Below are positions 1 through 11,889 of a stretch of 64,000 nt of DNA, piece after piece. The position numbers and the translations under genes are program-made. The notes under the pieces are model-generated. The model was given only the letters and a program-made list of their open reading frames with translations, was not told where the DNA came from and made no database searches. Each line of letters starts with the position of its first letter. Positions within the stretch are counted from its first letter, which is position 1. Origin of the DNA: Amoebophrya sp. A120 (lineage: Eukaryota; Protista; Dinoflagellata); NCBI GenBank assembly GCA_905178155.1, contig CAJINV010000002.1, forward strand, positions 1-64,000, read 5' to 3'.

Positions 1-1200
1 CCAAGCAGAGCCAGACGCCCTCTCCTGCTCGATTCCTAGCAAATTCCAAGCAGAAAAAAAATCGAGGCCCTGATGTAATTGCGGCCGAAGTGCTGCAAAC
101 ATTGAAAAGCGAACACCAACAAAAGCAACCAAAGCAAAACAACCCCAGACCGCTGACGCGCATTACAAACGGCCGACAGGCGGTCGCTTTTTTGCCGTCT
201 GCAGTTCTAGTAGAAAAGCAACCCCCGGGGCACCAACTTCGGACCCGGCAGACGCATTACAAACGCCCGACAGGTGGTTGCTTTTTTAAAGGTTTGAAAA
301 TTCTAGCAAATTCCAAGCAGAGCCCGGCGCCCTCTCCTGCTCGATTCCTAGCAAATTCCAAGCAGAAAAAAAATCAAGGCCCCGATGTAATTGCGGCCGA
401 AGTGCTGCAACCAGTGAAAAACGAACACCAACAAAAGCAACCAAAGCAAAACAATCCCAGACCGCTGACGCGCATCACAAACGGCCGACAGGTGGTTGCT
501 TTTTTGCCGTCTGAAGTTCTAGCAGAAAAGCAACCCCCGGAGCACCAACTTCGGGCCCGGAAGACGCATTACAAACGCCCGGGAGGTGGTTGCTTTTTTG
601 AAGGTTTGAAAACTCTAGCAAACCCCAAACAGAGCCAGACGCCCTCCCCTGCTCGATTCCTAGCAAATTCCAAGCAGACGAAAAATCGGGGCCCCGACGT
701 AATTGCGGCCGAAGTGCTGAAAACACTGAAAGCGAACACCAACAAAAACAACCAAAGCAAAACAATCCCAGACCGCTGGCGCGCATTACAAACGGCCGAC
801 AGGTGGCTGCTTTTTTGCCGTCTGGAATTCTAGTAGAAAAGCAACCCCCGGGGCAACAACTTCGGACCCGGAAGACGAGCGCTAACTTTCGGAGCAAATT
901 CCAAGCAGGGCCCCGAAACGACACAACAGCAGACCGCTGGCGCGCATTACTTTACAAACGGCCGACAGGTGGCTCGCTGCTTTTTTGCCGTTTGAAGTTC
1001 TAGGAGAAAAGCATCCCCCGGGGTACCAACTTCGGACACGGAGGAAGCAAGACGACCGGCCGGCAGGTGGTTGCTTTTTTGCCGTTTGGTTTGCAGTTCT
1101 AGGAGCAAGGCAGCCCCCCAGGCACAAACTTCGGGCCCGGGACGCGCATCACAAACGGCCGACAGGTGCAGGGCAGCTTTTTTGCAGGTGTGAAAACCAT
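1..1200. repeat. Tandem repeat, ~312-bp unit, about 3 copies plus degenerate partial units; truncated by the window start
   Basis: The unit start ccaagcagagcc recurs at 1, 313 and ~625. The internal sub-repeat GCATTACAAACG(G)CCGACAGG occurs about twice per unit and continues to ~1170. Confidence 0.9.
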
Positions 1201-4200
1201 AGCAAAGCCCGAGCAAGCCAAGGCGCCTCCTCGTCCTCGTGCTCGGCTTCTATAGTGGCGCAAGGTTTGCCTGACGTCTGCGTCGCTCGCAATATTCATA
1301 AAAGCCCCGACGGGCTTTGTCTTTAACAATCCGCGCGACGCGGCCGGGCGGTTTTTCAGTTTTGGTTTGAATATAGTGCGGCCCCATGCCCAAAAAAAGA
1401 ACACGGGCAACGCTCCGCCCCTAGCCTTTTGCGCGGTTTCGTGGAAAAAAAAACACTGGGCACGGAAATGCAGTAGAAAAAGAGAAACTGCGCGCCGAAC
1501 CCTTACCGATTGGCGGGCAAGAAAATTGGCCCGAGTGTTTGCAGGTGCTGCCTGCTATGTCATAGCTGGCCCAAGTGTTTCGTGGGTGCTGCCCGGCGTT
1601 TCCAGGCTCCCCCGGGTGAATCCGCAAAAACAAAGTACCGAAAACCCACATAAAGAAACACGAGAAAACGCGACCGTTGGCGGTTTGTCCACCGAAAAAC
1701 TTAGCCTACGAGGAATGGGCGCAAAATATCACGGCGCCACGACTCTACAAGGAGACGAGGGCAGACAGATTTTTAGATGCGGGCGGCAAACTGCTCCCCG
1801 CCAGTGTTGGACCGAATCAATACGAACGCGAACACGGGCAGCGCAGTGCTTATAATATATTTCAAACAACCCGAAGAGGGCTCACCCACGTTCGTTGAGA
1901 TATTTACAAAAGAAAACCAAATCCCAGCAAGGAGGCTGCCTATCGGTCCGACCGATCGAACATCAGGCGGCAAATTTTGTCCAAGCAGTTCGACCGGGCA
2001 AAGAAACCTGCCTTCACTTGTTGTTCTTCTTGTTGTTCTTCATCTGTTTGGGGGCCTGCGGTTCTGCTGGGGGCAGAACGTCGCCTCCGGCCGCGCCTGC
2101 GTTGCGGTGCCGTGCCTCGCCGGCCCATGGAGGTCGCACGCACTGCCCTTCCCTGTACTCGATCGGCGTGTGGGGGTGGCGCGTGCCATGTATGAAGGTA
2201 GGCCGCGCCCGGGGGGCGATATTGGCGCACCAAATACGCGCGACGAAATCTAACCAACGCGAGGAGCGGCGCCCTTGGTCGTCGGGAAGGCAGGGCTGCG
2301 AGACAAACGCGGCCCATGTCTCTAGGAAAAGCACGCGCCGCACATGGGAGCGCCAACCCTTTTGGGCCGCGACCGCTTCTCGCGGCCCGAGACCCAAGGA
2401 CGGAGGCTCCACGAGGCGACCGGCCGAGGCGCGTTTTCCGTCAGGCCGCGGCTGTGCTCGCGGTATTTTATTTAGCGCCGCGAACGCAGCTTGCGGCAGT
2501 TTGCGCCTCACCAAGTCCCCGCAACCCTGAAGGGCCGCGGAAAGCTACTGCGGTACGCATCGGATGCGAAAATCCGGCCAACTCGCAGCGGGGCAGCCTT
2601 TCTAGCCCCTGCAGGGCAAACTGGCCGTCGGGCCAGGACAATAAATATGTGACCGGGGGGGCAAGCTCCCCACCCACCTCGCGGAGGGGCATCCTTTCTA
2701 GCACCTCCATGACGAGCTGCCTTCCTTGCCAGGATGGAAGCTCAATACTTGGCCGGGGGGGAGGAAAAGCCGCCCCGGACTCCCTTCCCCCCTGCCACTT
2801 CGCAGCAGGGCGCTTGTTCTGGCCCCTGCGTGACAAACTGGCCCCCGGGCCAGGAAGGTCTGGGAAAGCCCATTCGGCCTCGCCACGCGCCTCCCCCCCC
2901 GCCTTCGCCAAGGGGCGTTCTTTCTTGCTGGGCATGAAAAACGGGCCCCCTTGCAAAGGAGGGTATGTGGCCAGGGGGGCGCCCTATTCACCTCCGCAGC
3001 GGGGCATCCTTTCTATGTAGCCCCTGCGCGACAAGCGCGCTGGCCCCCCGGCCGATAAGGTGTTTGTGTGGCCAAGGGGGTCCACCCCCCCGGGCCGCCC
3101 AATCCACCTTCGCAGCGAGGCGTCCTTCCTTTCTGGCCCCCACAATACAAACCGGCCGCCGGGTCATCGGTGGCTGCCGGCTTGCTAATCAGAACACCGG
3201 AAGCCCGCGGGGCCGGCCGGCCGCTCCACCCAAGTTGGCCAATTCGGGCGCGGGGCTTTGCAGGATTTGCGCCCACAATTAACCCAGGGAAAACGGGGCC
3301 TCTGTGACATGCCCCCGCCCGCCTGTAATGCGTTCTGCCTTCGGTAATCTTGGGGGCACGCATGGCACAGGCCACACGCCCCCAAGCCGCCACGGGCGGC
3401 AAGCTTCGTTGTCGGTCTGGCGGGGCAGGGGCTCCTCGGCTTTTGCTATTTTTCCCGCTTTTTGCAGGCATCTAGATGGCCGAAGGGCGCCAGACATTTT
3501 CGCCGCCCAAAGCTTGCTGGCAGTTTTGAAGCCTGCGGGGCGATTGCACTTTTGCGCCGTTTTCTCTTGATTTCTTTCGTGCGCCGACTTCGCAAGCGGC
3601 CCGGGCGATCTGGCAAAAGAGCGGCGCTGGCCTCCCCGGATGTCACAGCGCGTTTTTTTTTCTTCCAAATTGCCAGCCGGCGCAGGGTGGGCGACTGGCC
3701 TCCGAACAGGCCGCGGGCCTGCTCCTCCAACGCAGCTGCCCAGCAGCCGAAGCAAAAAAAAGGCCATCTTTTTTTCGCATACTAAGGCGGCCAAGGCCCA
3801 AAAACGGCTTCCGCGGTTGCCCCATATGGTGGCGGCAACTGCTTCCGCGCCGCGTTTGCTATAGCAATATCGCAGACACGCAGAGGGAGCGCGCGCGCCG
3901 GCTTCGTGGGCCGGCGCGCACTCTGACTGCGCGCACGAATTTGGCTACCAAGTGGGCGGCGACGGGAAAGTCCATCGCAACGCCATATGCAAACCGGCAG
4001 CGCCCAAAGAAATGCAAACGCGGAGCAATGTGGCATCTTGGAGAAAGGCGCCGGCACTGCTCGCCGTTCTTTTTCGTGAAGCGGAGAAGCAAGCACCCCC
4101 GTGGCACCCTTCACGCGGGACAGCTGTGCCGCGCGCATTCTTTTCCGCGCTCACTCTAGTGGGCTCCGGCACACGGACGGGCCGGGCGAAGGAGGTCACA

Positions 4201-4450
4201 GGCGCCGCCCTCCGCTCCCCTTTCTCGTGGCCGAAGCCTGCTACGCAAACGGGCGCGTCTTCGAGCACTTAGCCCCCCCCCCCTCTTATCTATCGAGCAC
4301 AGGACAGGCCGTGCGCTCTCACTCCGATACGCCCGCCCTCGCCCGCTCCTCCCTCGCCCTCCGGCGCTCGTGCTTCCGCTGGGCACCCAACCTCGCGCAT
4401 CAAAGCGAAAGACTTCCTGCGCCAGAAGCACGTCCGTCAGTAGAGTCAGA
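1200..4450. mobile_element. GC-rich, introner-free segment, probably part of a large repeat/TE continuing off the left edge
   Basis: Composition (GC-rich with A/T runs) resembles the TIR elements at 23749-26979 and 45987-54383 and differs from the host gene regions. No termini or recognisable protein found. Confidence 0.35.
2580..3135. repeat. Degenerate ~105-bp periodic repeat
   Basis: Motif CGCAGCGGGGCATCCTTTCT recurs with variants at ~2584, 2680, 2801, 2907, 2995 and 3111; spacers are partly similar. Confidence 0.6.
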
Positions 4451-4459
4451 AGCTTGACC

Positions 4460-7400
4460 CGTGATAAGTGGTGAATAGGTGAACGTCGGAAAATCTTATC
4501 GTGTATGCAAAAATGCCATGACAAAGTAAGTGCTTCTGCGCAGCGGTTTTCCAATTGATACTCCCGCCTCGGCACGACTCAGCTTCCTCTTGTATGCATT
4601 GCAAATATGTCTGGATCTGGAAGAGTCCAAGTTGCTCATGCTAGTTCTCATCATCGGCACAAAAATCTGTATTGCATGACCAGCGAATAAAGCTCGCACT
4701 CTTGGTCCTCACTTCTCATGCGATGTAAGAATTATTGAGGAGCCTTATGCTTATCCAAACTTAAACTTGTGATGCTAGAGCCCGCATTTCAAATCTTCTG
4801 GGTCATGCGAAAGCTGCATGACAACGTACAACAATCTTCCAGACCATGACATATTTGCATTTGATAACTTCGCCCTCGGAGCAACTGGAAGAGGTTGTTG
4901 TAGTATTTGCAAAACTTGTTCTCGTATCCACCGCAAATATATTTTCTGGGTCTGGAAGAGTAGCGGATTTGTCATGCATAGTTGTCACGAGCCAGGAGGT
5001 TTGAACTTTGAGATCCCCCATACCAACCTTTTTTGCATGACAAAGGCCAAAAAAGTTCTTTGTCCTCGTCCTGCTCGCAGAAGTACATATTTTTGCGTCT
5101 ACGAGATTGAGCATCACAAACACGGTTTCTTCCAGATCCAGACTACATATTTGCAATGCATAGTTTAAAGCTGTATCCCGATGAAAAACATCCCCACCGC
5201 AGAGACAAGATTGGCACTCGTCTGCAATCCAAATCGAAGGTTTTCGGGAGTCACGCATGACAAGCTTGCATCTGTATTGTAGTGCAGGCTAGCAAGGACA
5301 GCCGCATCACGGAGCCATCTTGTTATGCTGTTTACAGCATCCCGAACTCCCACTTACAACGAAAAATTCCTCATGGTCATGGCGATGCGCATTACAAATC
5401 TTCTTGCAAGTGCATATCGTGACAACTCTGGGGTGGAGACGTTTTTCCTCAAGATAAGCTGTTGCTCAGGAAGCTTGGTAAGTGAAAAGGAACTACAACT
5501 ACTACCACGGGAGGCGAAGGAATCTTTGCTACTATCGGACAGCCAAGTGGTATTGGAAAATAACAAACAAGTGGTGAGTACTGATGTTATATGGCACGGA
5601 AAAAAGCTAGCCCATCACAATTGTAACGCGAAAGTACTAGATACGCAGAAACATTATAGATCTTGACTGCTTCAGCATCAACCTGCGTGAACGTGCTACG
5701 GGGTTCCCTAACAGATTTTTCTGCGGTCTACATTTGCATTACAAGGGTGGCACACTACAAGATTCTTTCTGTGGGATATACCATTGCTCACGCCCATGTT
5801 GTTGCTGTCGTCGCTGTCGTCATCGACATCGTCATCATCGTCGTCGCCTGTTCCTCCGTTGTATGCACTTCAAAAATATCGGGCCGGGCGGTAGGATTTG
5901 GTTTTGCATCACAAAGTCCGAACACATGAAAAAGGACGGCCGGTGGTTGTGGTCCGTCAGGCTGGGCCATGACAAAAGATCTTTGATGACAAACTGCTGC
6001 GACTCGTGGTAGCAAGTCGATAAATTTGCATGGGATATTCCGCTTTCCTCGGTCGGCGTCGGGTCATCCTGTCGGAAAATGTTGTAGCCACCCCATAGTA
6101 CGCAAGCTGGGACTTCTGCCATGCAAAGAGTTAAAGTCCTTTCCTTTGGCCGTTTTGCATGACAGGCTGGCATCGACGTCCACCGGAGTGTGGGGCCGAA
6201 TAGCTAGTGGAGTTGCAACACAAGACGTAGTATCAAGTGTAAAAATGTCTGGGTCTGGAAGGTTGGAACTTGTAACGCTGTCTCTGGATTCCAAAACTAT
6301 CTGTATTGCATGACCAGCAAGAGGAGCGCAGTTTGTACTACGCGCAGAGGGCATTTCTCATGCGGAATAGGCAACAGGAAACGCTCTAAAAATATGTCAT
6401 GCTAGACCATGCATCACAGACATCACGGCGCATGCATAGCGTGCATGACAAGTCTCAGAACCTTCCAGACCCAGACATTTTTGCATCTGATAAGTAGCTA
6501 TCCAATTTCTCCATTGAGCATCACAAGCTCCTAACCGTGCAAATGCCTGATCTGCACGATAGCACTGGGGTGGGTACTTAGTTACGTTTCTGCGCCGGAT
6601 ACTCGTTCGTGTGGTCGTCGGCTTCTGTTTATATGTGAAGAAACGCGATGGGATGCAACATCGCAAAAGTATCGCGTCAATTGTTCTAAGTACGTATAAA
6701 TTGCATGACAAATAAACTGGTCTCTAAAACCAGGAATGTTGTGAAGCATTGCAACCAAGACTAGGCGCGGAGCTCCTCTTAATAATTGTAAGCAAAACCC
6801 TAAACCTGCGTAGCTACTCAAACAAATATAGCAAAAAAGTGCACCATAGTTCCGGAGGAGGGCCTTTAGTTTATCCTGAGTAAAAACGTCCCTACACCAG
6901 AGTTAGGATGGGGATTTTGCAACACACGCCTAGGAGTTTTGTGCGTCACGCATGACAAGTTGCACTCCGCAGTGTAGTGCAGTTTAGCAAGTGTAGCTGC
7001 GTCACAGATTCATCTGCTCATCCTGTTCACAGAGTCACAAATTCCAAAACACGAGTGAAAATGGCTCTCATGGAGATGCGCACTACGCGTCTTCCTGTCT
7101 TTGCAAATCTGCATCACAACTCTGGCGTGGGGACGTTTTTACTCAGGATATAGCTCGCGATTCTCTTCCGAAAGACGCCGGGCCTTTTCTTCGGCCGCGA
7201 TTCGCTTGGTCTTTTCCTGCTCGTATGCCTTCACAGCGATTCTGTGCTCGTTCCCCCACCAGCGTGCTTCCGCCACATATAGGGGCGTCAAGATCGAAGT
7301 CAACAGATTTGAAATAAAGTGTAATGCGAAAAATCGCTACCAGTTTGTTGGAGAACGAATTTCCAAACGTTGCATGACAAATTTTGAAGGCACCTACATC

Positions 7401-10400
7401 CAGTCTGTCATGCTGTTTGGGCAAAGACGACACCTCTTGTCGTGCTATTTTAGCAGTTTCGCCGCCTCTAAGCCCAAGCAGGCTTCTAATTATCGCCCTC
7501 TTTTGCCTGCTCTGCAAGACAGCGCGTTACTTATGTTGCATGACAAGCTATGACAATATCGCCACTGTGTTGACTTCGATCCTGCGGGTTCCATAAAACG
7601 AGCGCCTCGTGCACGGCATGAGGCATGTGTTCTTCGGCCATGACGTGAGAAGAGTTCTTGGTGGTGAAAAAAGAAAGTTGTAGGTGGAACAAGAAAGTTG
7701 CTGAAAAAAGAAAGTTGTAGGTTCTGCTGAACTCGTTTCCAAAAACTTACGTAACAATACTAATACTTGATTTGTGAACTGACTAAGACATCTGACCCGA
7801 CCCATTCGTTTCCAAATACATAAAAGTAAAAAGTAACGGTCAACCAACGCAATACACCAGTATGTTCATGTTGCTCATGCTCACGAAGACAGGCTTCACG
7901 AAGAAGCAACCAGAGCAAGTTGCGACTCGGATCTTTGGGAATACATGGAAGGACACGTCCCTGAAAAACAGAGACATTACCAAGATCGCTTCCTTAGACG
8001 CTCTACTTCTGAGATCGTTGTGCGGACCTGCTGGTGGAAACTGAGACGTTCCTGAGAAGTGCCTTCACTTTTGTGTCAAGAGCGCGCGCTGGAAAAAAAA
8101 AAACGACGAACAACTTTACACGGTTCTACCATATGCTCTGCTGTGACAGTCGCCGACCAGCTTTGGTCACGTGCGTTCTACTTGTTCCGTCGCCAAACAA
8201 TACAGTAGCTCATTTTCTCTCGTGTTGTTCATGCTTTTGCCTGCAGCTCTCAGGCTTTGCAAGTAGCATCTGTGCATCTAATGGATCCTTCAATCAGCCT
8301 TCTGTTAACTTAGCCATGTAGTAGAATTTCTGCGAGTTTTGTTGTGCATTCAATCGTCATATTTTTTGCTTGTGCTGCTCAAAACGAAAACATCACATGT
8401 CTTACTTAATACTAGCATAATTCTCATCTTCTGTATTCTCGTGGCGTGGATGTTTTGATTTTCATCGCCTCCCTAGTTCTTCTTCTGTCGAAAAGCGCAC
8501 ATTGACTTTCCATGGTGGACCTCCTGCTTGTCACGATTTCACCATACTGCGGCTCCTTTCTGCCGGACCGAACTTGCGACGGCGCTGCCACTGTCAAATA
8601 CAAAAATGTCCGGGTCTAGGACGGGAATGCAACTCCGTGATGGGGAGTTGTGAAGCACTACGGGATCACACTAAAGCTGTTATGAGTGAAACGCAGAAGT
8701 TTTCATTCCTTTTTTTGCGGGATTTGTCATCCGGATTAGGCATGCAGAAGCCTACTTCTGAAAACCTGTGATGCTAAACCCTGCATTTTTCGTCCAGATC
8801 TATATTTATAATGGGACACGCAAAACAAGCTGCATGAGTACATGATCATGCATCTGCAAGGCAATTCTTGTTTCAGACCCAGACACATTTGTATTTCATA
8901 TCCACCCGAGCCCGAGCCTGCATATCCGCACCTGCTGGTCGTTCTACAACTGCCGGCAAGGACGGTGGTGCATTCGATTCTGGGCAGCTATCCACGAACA
9001 AAACTGTCTATTGGGTCACACTGCAGCCCTAAGTACCTTCGTTTTTTTCATGTTTGGAAATGACCGGTCCTTCACGTAATTGCTGTAGTGGGGACCAAGA
9101 TTTTCTCAAGAAAGCGTCACGCTGGAACAAACTCATTTGCATGACATCTTGCGTGAATGTTGTTGAGCACGCATTCTGGGCATGACAAAACACAAGAATC
9201 TAAAACAAACTCTACCTGGGTCAGCCCCCTCCGGTACTACCGGTTTCGTCTTTTCCGAAAAATAGCCCTGCACTTGTCCGGTTGTAGAATCGGCTTTGCT
9301 CGCAAAATGATGACCTCGCATTACTGGTTTAGTACTTGTCGATCTAACCCCATTACTCGTTTTGAAACTCAGGATTATCATTTATGGAAATCCACCTCTG
9401 AAGACCTTGACCACCACCACTTCCACTACTTTTCATGCGAATAAGGGAGAACTGCATGCCATTTGTTTCAAGTTTGACCTTGAGTGACGTTCATGATATC
9501 CAACATGTTGATAGAGAGTGGTCACGGAGGGGAGATGAATTTCACACAGGATATAATGAATTTCTACTGACTCTGTGAAGCATTTCGCAACCACTGCTGT
9601 TGTAGCCCAAACTGTTCGATGACGCTGTTCAAAAAAAAGTCGCGGAATTGATGTACCTGATGGTCGTGATTTACACAGAAGTTTCTCGACATCTAATTCG
9701 GAAAAAATTTGAAAACCGGTCGTGCAAGTAGAAGCATTTCCATTTGTAGTTTCATACCCCGAACTAAAAGAGCTAGAGAGATTTAGCATGCAGGAAAACT
9801 ACACATGACAAAGGTGGACATCGACAACTGTACTTACCCGCATTTTTGTTGGATAATAGCTCTCGATGTAAATCTCTGTTCATCCAGGATAGTTTCGGTG
9901 TAAAAATCGGAATCTTTGTGTTTCTGCACGTCGCCATGCACTGCTGAGCCGACGTGTCTGTGTTTTGTTTTCATTCGCAAGGCCCTGGTCTGATACGACG
10001 AGGGTCGTGCCACGAGGAAGACATTTACTTCTGCATGAAAATGATACTTTTATTTACATGACAGACCAAAAAAAGAATGTTCCCAGAATACCATTTTTTC
10101 TTCCGCTCTTCATCAACGGCTTCTTGTACATTGAAATCAAATGATCTTTGGAAACTGCTTGAATTCTCTGCAACTCTCGACGTCCTTGTAGTTCTGAAAG
10201 TTGTCCTTCCGAACTTGTAGTACTCCTAATAGTACATGAGCGCCGTCAACTCGTTTTGTATGGAGGTGAAAATCACCATCGCGATCAGTTTGTGATGCAC
10301 AGCAGGGAGCTGTTTTTCGAGTTGCTCCTCACATTTGAAAAAAAAAGAGAAAGACATGACTCGTCATGCCAAAACCGCATCACAACTCGTCGATCGCGAT

Positions 10401-11650
10401 GGCGATGGGCATCTTGCAAGGAGTAAAGATACACGATTCTTTAACTTCTAGTCAATTATCGATCCTCAGCTCCTGTGGTAAAAATGTGTTGGGGGTTTCG
10501 ATTGATGAGATTGGACCACCGTTTCTTCACATATGTCTTCTTTTCAGGGCCTACTATTAGCCTTCTCTTCACTTCCTGTAAATACGCATGAAGACATAGA
10601 CACAAAGCAAATCCAACGTAAGTACCTGCTCTAATTTTCCACCCCATCTCCAACACTTGCCTGTGTTGCTTATCGTCCCATTTCCTCCTCTTTTCCATGA
10701 AACTTTCATCGTCACTGTGGCTGTGCTCCACCGCGGTGTTGCCGCTTTGTCCCCACCATCGGGTTTATTTGTGCAGCTGCGGCATCGTCGTCGTCCATGG
10801 GACTGTTTGCTCCGGAGCTGGCGTCGCCTGGGCTCACCGCACTGAATCCCATAAGCGGGATAATCGGCTCTTGTTGGAGGGCATTTCCGGGTGCAGCAGG
10901 AGCCGCTGGGGCCATATCGACATCGACATCCTCGTCGGGAGCAACTGCGGCAGCAGCAGCAGCAGCATCATCTTCCTTTTTTCCGACCTTCTTCTTATCC
11001 TACAGAAAAGTACATACTTCCATACCAGAAAAAAACCATTGTGTTGCTAAAGCCGAATTGCCCTCAGGGGAGGCAATTTCCTGTTTTGCAGACCGCAGCC
11101 TGTAATGCATCACAGAACAAGGTTTGTCATGCTCAACAGGGTTTTAGAAGTGACAGCACGAAATACCGCACCACAAGTTCTTTTTTCTCTGATGTATGTG
11201 TACAACTTTTCTGTAGGGTACGCTGGCTCTTCGTAGTACCAGCACAGCTGCAGATCCGCGCCAGGCGGAGGTTTCATGTAGAGGTGGCCTTCCGGGGATG
11301 CGCCTGAATAGTTACGTTGAAAATTCCGAAATCATGTAGCGTTAATGGTGCATGCAGTGCGATGAATTCAAAGTGTAGCAGCTGTAGGCTGCCAACTTCG
11401 CATGACAGTTCGTAGTTAATAGGTTACCGCGGAGTAGTTGTAGCAAATCCAAATAGAAGATTCACCCACAAAACTGCAGTAAAAAAGTGCCACGCACAGA
11501 AGTAATACTCGCTGCTGGCGTCAGCTTGTAGAACTGCACACCTCCGTGGTCCCCCGTTTCTGTGGTGGTTCCCGTTTCACCCGTTCCCTTAGGATGCGCG
11601 GGAGGCGCCTGGACAGCACCTCCTGCGGGATTTGCCTGGACGAACTGCTG
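4460..11650 (-). CDS. Multi-exon hypothetical protein(s), boundaries unresolved; includes a coiled-coil-like segment
   Basis: Exons ~7859-8089, 7596-7700, 7151-7277 and 6845-6871 join as ...LLWLLLREACLREHEQHEHTATFLFHLQL...MAEEHMPHAVHEALV.AEARWWGNEHRIAVKAYEQEKTKRIAAEEKARRLSEENRELKALLRNY via GT-AG introns and introners. In-frame TAG (8003-8005) and TAA (7994-7996). Confidence 0.45.
4593..4866. mobile_element. Introner, family A (TIR TAT.A.TGCAAATATGTCTGGGTCTGGAAG)
   Basis: TIRs tatgcattgcaaatatgtctggatctggaag / cttccagaccatgacatatttgcatttgata. Confidence 0.8.
4925..5162. mobile_element. Introner, family A
   Basis: tatccaccgcaaatatattttctgggtctggaag ... cttccagatccagactacatatttgcaatgcata. Confidence 0.75.
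5174..5456. mobile_element. Introner, family B (TIR TATCCTGAG.AAAAACGTCCCCACCCC)
   Basis: TIRs present; perfect 5-bp TSD AGCTG. Only 11 nt from the preceding element. Confidence 0.85.
6231..6492. mobile_element. Introner, family A
   Basis: ~30-bp TIRs; TSD CGTAG/AGTAG. Confidence 0.85.
6872..7150. mobile_element. Introner, family B
   Basis: tatcctgagtaaaaacgtccc ... gggacgtttttactcaggata; TSD 4/5. Removal gives ENRELKALLRNY. Confidence 0.9.
7278..7595. mobile_element. Introner, family C (TIR TATGGAAGCGCC...TCGACAAAG)
   Basis: Degenerate TIRs; interior homologous to 22210-22528 and ~34351-34650. Confidence 0.75.
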
Positions 11651-11889
11651 TCTGAGAGGTGCTATGCCCGGAAAGAATGTCGGTGTCAGTGAGTGCGACA
11701 CGCAGACGAGTAGACAGTTGCATACCGTCCTTGCTTCCACTTCCGTGAAACAAATACAAAATAACCATGGCATGCAGACGTCACATCAAAAAAAGCGTAG
11801 AGCGACCTCTGGTAAAGATACCTAAGGCTTGTGATCTTCACTGCAAGAAGGTCGTGAGAAGAGCGTTGTATGGTCATTTTCACAAAATA

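Noticed and set aside
90-833. 247-aa ORF
   Set aside because: By-product of the 312-bp (3n) tandem repeat; no protein signal.
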